A DNA stretch of 64,000 nt from Candidatus Bathyarchaeota archaeon (GTDB taxonomy: Archaea > Thermoproteota > Bathyarchaeia > Bathyarchaeales > Bathyarchaeaceae), in the NCBI GenBank assembly GCA_963697165.1, contig CAVOMX010000022.1, forward strand, positions 1 through 64,000, read 5' to 3'. The stretch's first letter is position 1, and the number at the start of each line of letters is the position of its first letter. This document shows, in pieces, positions 38,873 through 48,400 of the stretch. The notes under the pieces were generated by a model. It made no database searches. It saw only the letters and a program-made list of their open reading frames with translations, and was not told where the DNA came from. A program made the position numbers and the translations under genes.

Positions 38873-39244
38873 GTTCAGTTTGATTAGATTCTCTACCTGT
38901 TTTTTGTTTGCAAGGGAGCAGTAAACCCATTTTCCCTTCTTTGTACGGTTGACTATGCCCACGTTTTCTAGTATCTGGATGTGATGAGAAAGGTTTGGTT
39001 GGGTCATATAGAGGCATATCATCAGTTCGCATATGCACATTTCTTTAACCATTAGGAGTTTGACTATTCTGAGCCTTTTTTCGTCAGATAATGCCTTGAA
39101 GAATTTGCTGTTTTTCTTTGCGGTTTTGGCGTCTGCGACGCCGTCGGCTAATTGGAGTAGTTCTTTGCGGTAATCGTCGGCAACTTCTGCTTGGCATAGG
39201 TCGGTTTCGGTTAGCCGTTTTAGTCGCTGGTCAACGTTTTTCAT
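38864..39244 (-). CDS. arsR: ArsR/SmtB family As(III)-responsive repressor
   Basis: FKALSD..RLRI and the alpha3 metal site EMCICEL; divergent from acr3-arsM. Confidence 0.9.
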   Translation of the reverse strand: MKNVDQRLKRLTETDLCQAEVADDYRKELLQLADGVADAKTAKKNSKFFKALSDEKRLRIVKLLMVKEMCICELMICLYMTQPNLSHHIQILENVGIVNRTKKGKWVYCSLANKKQVENLIKLNLL

Positions 39245-39306
39245 TGGGTTCTCACCATTTTTTATTGGGTATGTTTCTAAATACGTTTATGGAAACAAAA
39301 CATATT

Positions 39307-39330
39307 AATATATCTAAAATTGTTTATATT
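39307..39330. promoter_or_regulatory. Putative ArsR operator 1
   Basis: AATATATCTAAAATTGTTTATATT with inverted ends AATATA/TATATT, in the arsR-acr3 divergent gap; similar to 42698-42721. Confidence 0.5.
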
Positions 39331-39367
39331 TTTACAGTATTAACGCCAAAGGAAGTAACCAAAAAAC

Positions 39368-39472
39368 ATGAGTAAAGAACTCAAATGCCAATACGGAATC
39401 CCCGAAAACGAATGCTGCCAACCACCAACTTGCCAAAAATTGATTCAAAGACAGAAAAGCAGCAACAAATAA
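39368..39472 (+). CDS. 34-aa Cys-rich peptide with CCxxxxC, first ORF of the acr3-arsM unit
   Basis: MSKELKCQYGIPENECCQPPTCQKLIQRQKSSNK*; ATG downstream of the operator/TATA region; stops 29 nt before the acr3 TTG. Confidence 0.55.
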   Translation: MSKELKCQYGIPENECCQPPTCQKLIQRQKSSNK

Positions 39473-39501
39473 AACCAATCTCCTTTTTTGAGGAATAACC
39501 C

Positions 39502-40527
39502 TTGGGAAAAAAATCTGAAGTGCATCTTGGCATTTTCGAAAAGTATCTTGCCATCTGGGTTTTCGTGTGCATGCTAACAGGGCTTTTTCTTTCACAAATC
39601 ATCCCCGAGTTAAGTCTTGCAATTAATAACCTGCAATTCGCTGGAATATCCATACCCATCGGCATCTGTCTTTTTCTTATGATGTATCCTGCCCTCCTAA
39701 ACCTGCAATTTAGTGAACTAAAAAAATTAGGAAAAAACCCAAAACCGATCATCATAACCCTTATTTCCAATTGGGTTTGGGCTCCAATAGTAACCGCTTT
39801 TCTGGCTTACTACTTTTTGGCAGGCAACGATCAGCTGATTGTATCTTTGATTCTGCTTGGGTCTAGCCCCTGCACTGCCATGGTTCTGGTTTGGGGCGCA
39901 TTAGCCAACGGGAACCAAGAACAAAACGTCGTCAACACTACATTGAACACAATAACGATAATGTTTCTGTATGCGCCTGTTGTTTCGCTCTTAACTGGCA
40001 TCCAGAATATCCAAATTGACAGGCTGTCTCTTCTGTTGTCCGTTTTTGTTTTCATAGGAATCCCTTTGGTTCTGGGTTATGTCTCAAAGAAGTTGATTAC
40101 GGGCAGGAAGGGGGCAGAATGGTTCAAGGAAACGTATCGCCCCACAGTAGGAAAAATAGCAATTCTTGCTCTATTGGCAACTTTGATTGTCATATTCTCT
40201 CTTAACGGGAATGTGTTGATAGCGCATCCAGAGGAGATGATACGGGTCTCAATTCCGCTACTGCTTGGATTCGCAATCATCGTAGGCGCTAATCTATTAA
40301 TTACCAAATTTGCTGGACTCAGATACAAAGAGGGAATAATCTCGGTTATCATAGGTTCTTCTAGCCACTTCGAGATTGCAATTGCTACTGCTATCAGCCT
40401 TTACGGTTTAGGTTCACAGGCGGCGTTGGGAACAACAATGGGGCTGTTCTGGGAAGTTCCAGTCATGCTCAGCCTAGTGTATCTGGGCAAGAAACTGGGA
40501 CAAAGAGGGTTCTGGAAAAAAGATTAG
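39502..40527 (+). CDS. acr3: Acr3 arsenite efflux transporter
   Basis: FEKYLAIWV, LMMYP, SNW, SPCTAMVLVW, SSHFEIAIA.A and EVPVML; GAGG SD before TTG. Confidence 0.95.
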   Translation: MGKKSEVHLGIFEKYLAIWVFVCMLTGLFLSQIIPELSLAINNLQFAGISIPIGICLFLMMYPALLNLQFSELKKLGKNPKPIIITLISNWVWAPIVTAFLAYYFLAGNDQLIVSLILLGSSPCTAMVLVWGALANGNQEQNVVNTTLNTITIMFLYAPVVSLLTGIQNIQIDRLSLLLSVFVFIGIPLVLGYVSKKLITGRKGAEWFKETYRPTVGKIAILALLATLIVIFSLNGNVLIAHPEEMIRVSIPLLLGFAIIVGANLLITKFAGLRYKEGIISVIIGSSSHFEIAIATAISLYGLGSQAALGTTMGLFWEVPVMLSLVYLGKKLGQRGFWKKD

Positions 40528-40546
40528 CAAAAAAAAGTGATTGAAT

Positions 40547-41317
40547 ATGGAAAATAAGAAAGTCAAAGAATATGTGAAAAAACGGTATGGCGAGATAGCC
40601 AAGACAGAATGTTCTAGCTGTTCATCGTCTTGCTGCTCGTCATCTAGTTGTGGGCCATCTCCACAGTATGTTTTGTGGAAGCTCGGCTATTCTCCGGGTG
40701 ACATAGAAAGTGTTCCAGAAGATTCTGTTCTGGGTTTGGGCTGCGGAAACCCTGTTGCGTTAGCCAGTTTGAAGGAAGGCGAAACCGTCCTAGACTTGGG
40801 TTCAGGTGGTGGTATCGATGTCTTTTTGGCATCCAAGAAGGTAGGCCCGACCGGAAAGGTGATTGGCGTAGACATGACGCCCGAAATGGTGGAGAAAGCG
40901 AAAGCTAACGCTTCTGAGCATGGCTACACGAATGTCGAGTTTCGTTTAGGAGAAATCGAAGCCCTGCCTGTTGAGGATGCGACTGTGGATGTTATCATCA
41001 GCAACTGCGTGATTAACTTGGCTCCAGACAAACTGAAGGTATTCCAAGAAGCCTACAGAGTTCTGAAATCAGGCGGGAGACTTATGGTGTCTGACCTTGT
41101 TACGGAAGGAGAATTGCCAGAGGATGTCAGAAAAAGTTTTGATGCTTGGGCAGGATGCATCGCTGGTGCGCTCGAAAAAGGAGACTACCTCAACAAGATA
41201 AAGCAAGCAGGATTCGAGAATGTTAAGGTGGTTTCTGGAAAACCCTATACCCTTGGCATTTCTCAGCAGCTGAATGGAAAAATAACTAGCATCCAAGTTG
41301 AAGCCCACAAAAGTTAG
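40547..41317 (+). CDS. arsM: Arsenite S-adenosylmethionine methyltransferase
   Basis: N-terminal Cys cluster, [24 protein letters not shown] and W.GCIAGA. Confidence 0.95.
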   Translation: MENKKVKEYVKKRYGEIAKTECSSCSSSCCSSSSCGPSPQYVLWKLGYSPGDIESVPEDSVLGLGCGNPVALASLKEGETVLDLGSGGGIDVFLASKKVGPTGKVIGVDMTPEMVEKAKANASEHGYTNVEFRLGEIEALPVEDATVDVIISNCVINLAPDKLKVFQEAYRVLKSGGRLMVSDLVTEGELPEDVRKSFDAWAGCIAGALEKGDYLNKIKQAGFENVKVVSGKPYTLGISQQLNGKITSIQVEAHKS

Positions 41318-41411
41318 CTTCGATTTTCTGGGCAAAAATGTGAATCGATTGGCAATAACCAAATAAGCGCTGCAAACCCAGAGAGTTAGAGAATAATAAT
41401 GTGGTGTAAGT

Positions 41412-42050
41412 GTGTCTGCTAGTTGGAAACAATGGACAAAAAATGACCTGTTATTCGGATTTCTAGTGCCTCTGATTGTTGCCCTTGTAATCGTCGCGTT
41501 TCCATTGTTAACCCCGTTTCTGGCATCAGTTAATCCTGCCCTAATCGGAATACTCGTGTATGGGCTTGAAGAACAAATTTTGATAGTTGCAGTTCCACTC
41601 TTTTTGGGGTTGTTATGGAATCAATGGGCTGGCGGCGCATCTGGATTCATACTTGGCAGCATCTACGCATTAGACTATAGCCATCAGTATCTGCTTGGCA
41701 ACGTTTTCGCTATAGTTCGCGGGGACTCATTCTCTGGCGGATTTTTTGGAGGTGGCGGTGACAGTATCCTTTTGGGGTATCTAGTAAGTGCAATGCTTAT
41801 TGGATATCTGGCTGGGAGCCTTAACAAAGGTTCAGACAATTTCTTCCGGATGATAATCTCGGGGCTCGTAGCCGCAGCCACAGGCGCTTTACTGCTGTTT
41901 CTTTCCTATCATCTTTCTCCACTTAATGTGGTGACCGGACCTTTCGGATTATTCCTAACCGTTGTTCCGCGCCTATTATTTGCCATACTTATTCCTGTCT
42001 TTGCCAAGCTTTTCATGTGGTTCAATATAGTCCCAAAAACGGCAAGCTAA
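41412..42050 (+). CDS. Hypothetical multi-pass membrane protein
   Basis: 212 aa with about six hydrophobic segments and 'LGLLWNQWAGGASGFILG'. Confidence 0.8.
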   Translation: MSASWKQWTKNDLLFGFLVPLIVALVIVAFPLLTPFLASVNPALIGILVYGLEEQILIVAVPLFLGLLWNQWAGGASGFILGSIYALDYSHQYLLGNVFAIVRGDSFSGGFFGGGGDSILLGYLVSAMLIGYLAGSLNKGSDNFFRMIISGLVAAATGALLLFLSYHLSPLNVVTGPFGLFLTVVPRLLFAILIPVFAKLFMWFNIVPKTAS

Positions 42051-42160
42051 CGCTTTTTTGTTAACTTTATCAACTCTTATGACGAGTTAGCTCTGAAGAT
42101 GAACAATTTAGCTTGTGACGAGGACTAAAACTAAGCAGATTAGTCAGTGCCATTTACTGT

Positions 42161-42322
42161 TTACCTGAGTGTTCCTTTTAGTGCGTCTGCTTTTAGCCTG
42201 AGAGAATCCAGTGCTTCCTCGCAGTGTAGACAGGAGTTTCCGTTTTTCTCTGGGTCTTTCAACGTGTACCTTCCATTTTTCCAGTTTATGCAATTTGTGC
42301 AGTCGCATAATGGGTAATCCAT
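42161..42322 (-). CDS. 53-aa Cys-rich protein (CxCxxC...CxxC)
   Basis: MDYPLCDCTNCINWKNGRYTLKDPEKNGNSCLHCEEALDSLRLKADALKGTLR*; directly downstream of the second arsR; below the ORF-track cutoff. Confidence 0.6.
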   Translation of the reverse strand: MDYPLCDCTNCINWKNGRYTLKDPEKNGNSCLHCEEALDSLRLKADALKGTLR

Positions 42323-42359
42323 TAACTACGCCTTCTGGTTTGCTCGTTTTACTTTCAAT

Positions 42360-42677
42360 CTACATGATCTGCTCTAGCATCTTTTTTATTAATGCATTGA
42401 TGAGCTCAGGGGTTAGGTCATCAATGATCTTGAATATTTGTTGATCTGTTATTGAGTAGAGTCTTCTGTTGCCGTCTTTTCTGTATCTGACTATTCCACA
42501 ATCCTTCAAAATCTTTAGGTGCCGAGAAACCAATGGCTGGATGAGCTTAACATGAGGGATAATTTCGCATACACATTTCTCTCTGTCGCGCAGAAAGTCC
42601 AGTATGTCAAGCCGAACTGGGTCTGACAATGCCTTGAAGATTTTGGCTTTAAACTTGTCGTCGATTTGCGAGAGCAT
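42360..42677 (-). CDS. arsR: ArsR/SmtB family repressor (second copy)
   Basis: FKALSDPVRL.I, EKCVCEI and VSRHLKIL. Confidence 0.88.
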   Translation of the reverse strand: MLSQIDDKFKAKIFKALSDPVRLDILDFLRDREKCVCEIIPHVKLIQPLVSRHLKILKDCGIVRYRKDGNRRLYSITDQQIFKIIDDLTPELINALIKKMLEQIM

Positions 42678-42697
42678 TATCAAAAATAGGAAAGATA

Positions 42698-42721
42698 AAT
42701 ATATTTAAATATTGTTATGAA
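42698..42721. promoter_or_regulatory. Putative ArsR operator 2 / TATA region
   Basis: AATATATTTAAATATTGTTATGAA in the arsR2-ferredoxin divergent gap; similar to 39307-39330. Confidence 0.45.
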
Positions 42722-42774
42722 CTTTTACTGGTTCTAATCAAAAAATCATAGATCACAAAGAGGCGACAAAAAGA

Positions 42775-43065
42775 ATGACAGAAGAAACATACAAAGGAAT
42801 CCCTCGAAGCAAGATACCATGGTATCCAATAATCAACTACGAAAAATGCATCAACTGCGGAAAATGCGTAGAATATTGCACGCTCGGCGCGTACGAATTT
42901 GAAGAGAAGGACGGAAAAAAGAGGTCTGTCGTGAAAAACCCGAACAACTGTGTGGTACTTTGTACAGGCTGTGAATCGCAATGCCTCGTCGGCGCCATAA
43001 CTCACCCTTCGAAGGAAGAGACCCGAAAAGTAATCAAGAAACTGCAGAAAGCCCAATCCACCTGA
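42775..43065 (+). CDS. 2x[4Fe-4S] ferredoxin family protein
   Basis: IPWYPII, CINCGKCVEYC and CVVLCTGCESQC. Confidence 0.9.
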   Translation: MTEETYKGIPRSKIPWYPIINYEKCINCGKCVEYCTLGAYEFEEKDGKKRSVVKNPNNCVVLCTGCESQCLVGAITHPSKEETRKVIKKLQKAQST

Positions 43066-43246
43066 GTTATGACTGGCTTCCTGCCTTCATTTTTGTTAAT
43101 TTCAACTATAAACAGCTATTTTACCGTTCTAAAGCACTTTTTTGAAGTCACATAATTAACAGAATTATCAAAGTTCGTAAAAGAAAACTTCAAAGTATCC
43201 TTCAAGAAAAGCTGTCCATTCCATCTATAACAAGACTACCAGTTCT

Positions 43247-44338
43247 TTATTCTGAGCCTACTAGCTGCTTGTAGTTCTTCTCAATTTCTTTTAGCAGAAC
43301 ATCTTTGGTTATTTTGTTGTTCGATTTTAGTATGGCGGCTATTGATGCTCCTCCGCATGCGACGCCCTCTTTTACTACTCCCGCTTCATACGCTTTCAAT
43401 CCATCAAACCTTGTTTTGCTAAAGTCCAAGTCCGCAGCTAATACTGGAACATCGGCAATCTTGGAGACTAGACCTTTGAGGTCAGCAGTTTTGTCCTCTA
43501 TTATCCACCGTGTAGTTCCAATCGCCACGTTACCTAGAACTTTTGGGTTTGACGCGTTGACAACAGCTAACACGGCAGCCATCTGGGTTCCCCCCGCCAT
43601 GATGACAGGCACATTTTTTGCGGCGCCAATAACAAGTCCTGCATGGGCAGGCTGCATAGGGTCACCCACAGATGAAACAGCTTTTATGGGGTCATCCGCG
43701 AATTCGCCTGCCTTGACTTTTGCGGCTTTGAGTGCCGCCTCAGCCGTTTTTATTTTGAGTTCATGAGGGTTAATTGGCATGCTGCTGCTGACCTTTCCCT
43801 TCGCGTCTACTCCCATGGCTAATAGGACGCTTAGGGCTGTTGTGGTGCCTCCGGGAATACTTTCGCCAACCACCAGATAGTCAACGGTCTTTGACAGGTT
43901 TTCTCCAAGAATCTTTGCTCGGTTCATTACTTCCTCTGCATTATCAAGGGCATTTCCCGTTCGTATGTCTCTTCCGGGGCAGCCGCCCAACTCCACAAAA
44001 GGAACATGCGGCTTAACTTTCAAGCCTGCACTCACCACAAGAGTTGGTATATCCGCCAGATTCAGGGCAGACATTGTTATGAGTGCGGGAGTCGGAATTC
44101 CATCCGGCGTCACGGGCACGCCCGGTATGCATTTGCATTTTCCTAGCTGAAGAAGTTCAACGTCGGCGGGTGGCGTATAATCTGTTATCTCCGGGTTCGC
44201 TCCTGCCGCTGATATACCCTGAATCTTCGCTGTTTCAGTTACGCCGATAACACACATGAAAAGAGGCTTCTTTCCTGCTAACTGAGTTAGCATGGCTGCG
44301 CCTCCTGTTTTGTTATTTGCCAAAATTATGTCCCGCAT
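43247..44338 (-). CDS. cobT: Archaeal nicotinate-nucleotide-dependent phosphoribosyltransferase CobT (UPF0284)
   Basis: T.TA.I.GISAAG, TPPAD.E, PTPALIT, GESIPGGTTTA, AGGTQM and KEGV..GG. Confidence 0.88.
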   Translation of the reverse strand: MRDIILANNKTGGAAMLTQLAGKKPLFMCVIGVTETAKIQGISAAGANPEITDYTPPADVELLQLGKCKCIPGVPVTPDGIPTPALITMSALNLADIPTLVVSAGLKVKPHVPFVELGGCPGRDIRTGNALDNAEEVMNRAKILGENLSKTVDYLVVGESIPGGTTTALSVLLAMGVDAKGKVSSSMPINPHELKIKTAEAALKAAKVKAGEFADDPIKAVSSVGDPMQPAHAGLVIGAAKNVPVIMAGGTQMAAVLAVVNASNPKVLGNVAIGTTRWIIEDKTADLKGLVSKIADVPVLAADLDFSKTRFDGLKAYEAGVVKEGVACGGASIAAILKSNNKITKDVLLKEIEKNYKQLVGSE

Positions 44339-44458
44339 TTTCTATCATTCCGCAGCCTTTAATGGTCATTTCTGAGTTAATGGGTGGACTATCCAACCAA
44401 TATTTAAATCTCTTACTGAAAATATGTTCATAACCGACAAATCTGGTTTGGTGACATT

Positions 44459-44959
44459 ATGGAAACCAAGTTCGATAACCTGCCCCTACTTAAGTACCTC
44501 GAAGCCCACGGAGTAACCCTAAAGGACCTACTAGACACAGCACTTGAACTATACATCCCCCATCCGGGCATAGAAACAAGAGAAAAAGCAGTTGAGCTGT
44601 TCAAGGATGGATTCTACGAGGCACTAACAGACGTGAACGTTTCAGTCCTAGAGGTAGCATGCTTCCGCGCAGAAGAGGACGGTCAAGCTGGATTGATTCC
44701 ACTTCTTCCCGTAGAACAATTCAAGGGAAGCCCCGGGCTGATCGTTGACGAACTGCTGGGCATGACAATAGCTAATTACATTGCGGGAGCCAGAGGTATC
44801 TTCGAGTTCATAAGGTATGATCAGGTTAAACCAGGAATTTTGAGGACGTTGGGTCCAATAGCAAACGATGCAATCGGCGGGTTAATTGCCGGCGTCTCTT
44901 CTAAAATCTATTCTTGTGCTCTGGAGAAACAGAAAATCGAAAAAATGGATGAAAGTTAA
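44459..44959 (+). CDS. cobZ: Alpha-ribazole-phosphate phosphatase CobZ (PgpA-like)
   Basis: PHPGIET.E.A, L.DVNV, DELLGM.IA.YI.G..G.FEF.RYD..KPGIL..LGP and D.IGGLIAG. Confidence 0.8.
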   Translation: METKFDNLPLLKYLEAHGVTLKDLLDTALELYIPHPGIETREKAVELFKDGFYEALTDVNVSVLEVACFRAEEDGQAGLIPLLPVEQFKGSPGLIVDELLGMTIANYIAGARGIFEFIRYDQVKPGILRTLGPIANDAIGGLIAGVSSKIYSCALEKQKIEKMDES

Positions 44960-45457
44960 CGCGTTCCGCTACTCTTTGGGGTTGCGCCAAAATAGTGCGA
45001 GGCTGAGGCTCACGTTTATAGAATAGATGCTCCGGAATCTCAAATCTGAACCGTGCCCTTTCTAACCCTAACACTATGTTCGTTATGGTAGGCAAAAACT
45101 TTCTTTTGTAAGACGAAACGTATAAAACTGATTGCAAACGCAGGCGTTCAAATCTGTTGCGTGGTCAACTTTTTTTGGCTCGGAAACTTTGGTGTTATTT
45201 GCAGAAAAATTTTTCCCGATACGCTAATATACGAAAACTTAATAGGATGCAGGTTTTGTAATGACAAAATTTATTAATGGGCACGTTGGTTTACGTTGTT
45301 AGCTTCAGAAAGTAAAAATGAGGCTTATTAAGGAGAACCGTCTTTTAGGTTGGACGCATCCGACCCAGCGGAGGAAACTCCCAATTTGAAAAAAACTGAG
45401 ACAAAACAATCAAACTTCCCCTGTTACTACAATACTTTAGGGAGGATTTAGAAAAAG

Positions 45458-48400
45458 TTGGTAATATCACAAAACGATCTTCTACTTCTCCAAAAATCTT
45501 TCTTTAAAGAGAAAGGCTTAGTTAGACAGCACTTAGATTCATACAACAAATTCATCGACAGTGGACTGCAAGAAGTCATCGATGAAATAGGCGAAATCAA
45601 AATTGAAATCCCAGAGATGCCATACAAGATAAAACTTGGTCAACTTTGGATAATTGATCCACAATCAAAAATCAGCAGACCATACAAAACCGAAGTCGAT
45701 GGAACAAAACACGAAATTTTCCCAATGGAAACTCGCTTCCGTAACCTAACCTATGCTGCACCTCTGGCGCTGGAGATGACTCCAGTTATAGAAGGAAGAG
45801 AACAGGAACCTGAACTTGTTCTCATAGGCGACCTTCCTGTTATGCTAAAATCTAAGCTCTGTATTCTTTCCCAATTAACCGACGAAGAGCTAATCGAGTA
45901 TGGAGAAGACCCATACGATCCCGGAGGTTACTTCCTGATCAACGGCTCCGAAAGAGTTATTGTTGCCATGGAAGACTTAGCCCCAAACCGTATTCTCGTG
46001 GACATCGACACCCGAGGAACAAAACCGGTCTATCAAGCAAAAATCTTCTCAACGACCGTAGGTTTCAGAGCAAGAATCCAACTGCGAATGAAATCTGACG
46101 GCGGAATCTCCGTTTCAATACCCGGAGTACCCACAGAAGCCCCATTTGTGATTCTGATGCGAGCCCTCGGAATAGAATCAGACAAGGAAATCGCAGAAAC
46201 CGTTTCTCCTAATCCAATAGTGCAGAACGAACTTGAAGCCTCTTTCGAAAAAGCCGCAGGATTCGACACTGTTCAGGACGCAATAATGTACATAGGAAAC
46301 CGCGTCGCCCACGGTCAAGTGGAGGAATACCGTAAACAGAAAGCTAAAAGCATAATCGACCGCAATTTTCTGCCTCATATTGGTCGAACTGAAGAAGACC
46401 GTTTAGAAAAGGCGTTATTTCTAGGCGAGATGGCTAGCCGAGTTATTGAACTGAAGCTTGGAAAACGTACACCGGACGACAAAGACCACTTCAAGAACAA
46501 GCGACTTAAACTTGGTGGTCCTTTGTTATCTGATCTTTTCAGGATAGCCTTTAGGAACCTGTGCAGAGACATAAAGTATCAGCTTGAACGGATGGGCATC
46601 AAGAGGCAGATTATTACAATCTCTGCTGCTGTCCGTCCCGGAATAGTTTCTGATAGGCATCGCCACGCTTTGGCAACAGGTAACTGGGGCAGAGGACGCG
46701 TTGGCATCACCCAGCTCCTTGACCGAACAAACACGGTCTCTACTTTGAGTCATCTTAGACGTTTGCAGTCTCCTCTAAGCCGTAGTCAACCGAACTTCGA
46801 GGCTCGAGACTTGCACCCCACTCACTGGGGAAGACTCTGTCCAAACGAAACCCCTGAAGGCTCAAACTGTGGTCTTGTAAAGAATCTTTCTTTAGGCGCT
46901 TCTATTTCTATCTATGTCGATCCTGCTGGAATTAAACAGCTTCTCTATCAGATGGATGTAGTTCCCGTAGCGGAAACAGATGTGGATATACGCGCTTCAA
47001 GCGCCAAAGTTTACGTCAATGGCTCCATTCTAGGTTACAGTGCGTCTCCACAGAAACTAGTTGATGAGATACGAAGAAAACGTAGGAATGGAGAACTATC
47101 TACCGAAATTAACGTTGCATACTTCTCGAAGCTTCAAGGAGAAAGTGAAGAGGTTTACATCAGCTGCGATCAGGGACGTGTACGTCGTCCTCTTATCATA
47201 GTTGAAAATGGAGTCCCTAAACTAAAACCTGAGCATATTGAAAAGCTCCGATCTGGCGAATGGGCTTGGGGAGACATCATCCAAAAGGGAATACTTGAAT
47301 ACATCGACGCTGAAGAAGAAGAAAACATCTATGTCGCAATAGATTTTGACAAAATTACTCCTGAACACACGCATGTGGAGATTGCCACTTACACTATTCT
47401 CGGAATCTGCGCCTCAATAATACCGTACCCTGAGCATAACCAGTCACCCCGTAACTCGTATGAGGCAGCTATGTCCAAGCAGGCCCTTGGAATCAACCTG
47501 ACCAATTTCCCGAATCGAGTTGACTCCAGATGCCACATTCTACACTACCCACAAACACCCCTAGTTAAAACGAAACCCATGGACATCATCGGATACACCG
47601 ATAGGCCATCAGGACAGAACTGTGTTGTCGCTATCTTATCCTTTGAAGGCTACAACATGGAAGACGCCATCATATTCAACAAAGCCTCCATTGAACGCGG
47701 TTTGGTACGCTCAACATTCTTCCGAATCTACGAAGCAGAGTGCCGCCAATATCTGGGAGGTCTCAGAGACAGATTCTTGGTTCCTGAACAAGGAATCAGA
47801 GGCTACAGAGGTGAACAATACTACCGTCTTCTGGAACCTGACGGCATCATTAGCCTAGAATCTGAGGTAGCTGGAGGCGACGTACTTATCGGAAGAACTA
47901 GTCCGCCAAGATTCCTTGAAGAATACAAAGAGTTTGAAGTTAAAGGTCCAACAATGAGGGACACGTCAGTTGATGTGCGATCATCCGAAACAGGTGTTGT
48001 TGATGACATTTTCATCACAGAGACTGGCGAAGGAAGCAAGATTGTGAAAGTCAGAGTCCGCGACCAGCGTATACCTGAACTGGGAGACAAATTTGCTTCT
48101 CGTCACGGACAAAAAGGAGTCGTCGGAATGGTTGTTCCACAAGAGGACATGCCTTTCTCTCCAAAAGGAATCGTTCCAGATATCATAATCAATCCTCACG
48201 CTATGCCGTCACGAATGACAATTGGCCAGTTCCTTGAATCCATTGCCGGAAAAGTTGCCTCAGCAAGAGGTAGACCCGTTGACGGAACACCATTTAGCAA
48301 TGAAGGACCAGAGCAACTAAAGAAAGAACTTGTTAAACTGGGATTCAGTCACACCGGAAGAGAGATTCTCTACAGCGGCATTTCTGGAGAAAAGTTTGTT

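Noticed and set aside
37432..43100. ars cluster as a tRNA-Asp-integrated mobile element
   Set aside because: No integrase or transposase is present, and I could not find a duplicated tRNA-Asp 3' end downstream.
44901..45137. 78-aa minus-strand ORF as the missing rpoH or another gene
   Set aside because: It is on the wrong strand, has no Rpo5 motif (HxLVPxH) and overlaps the cobZ end.
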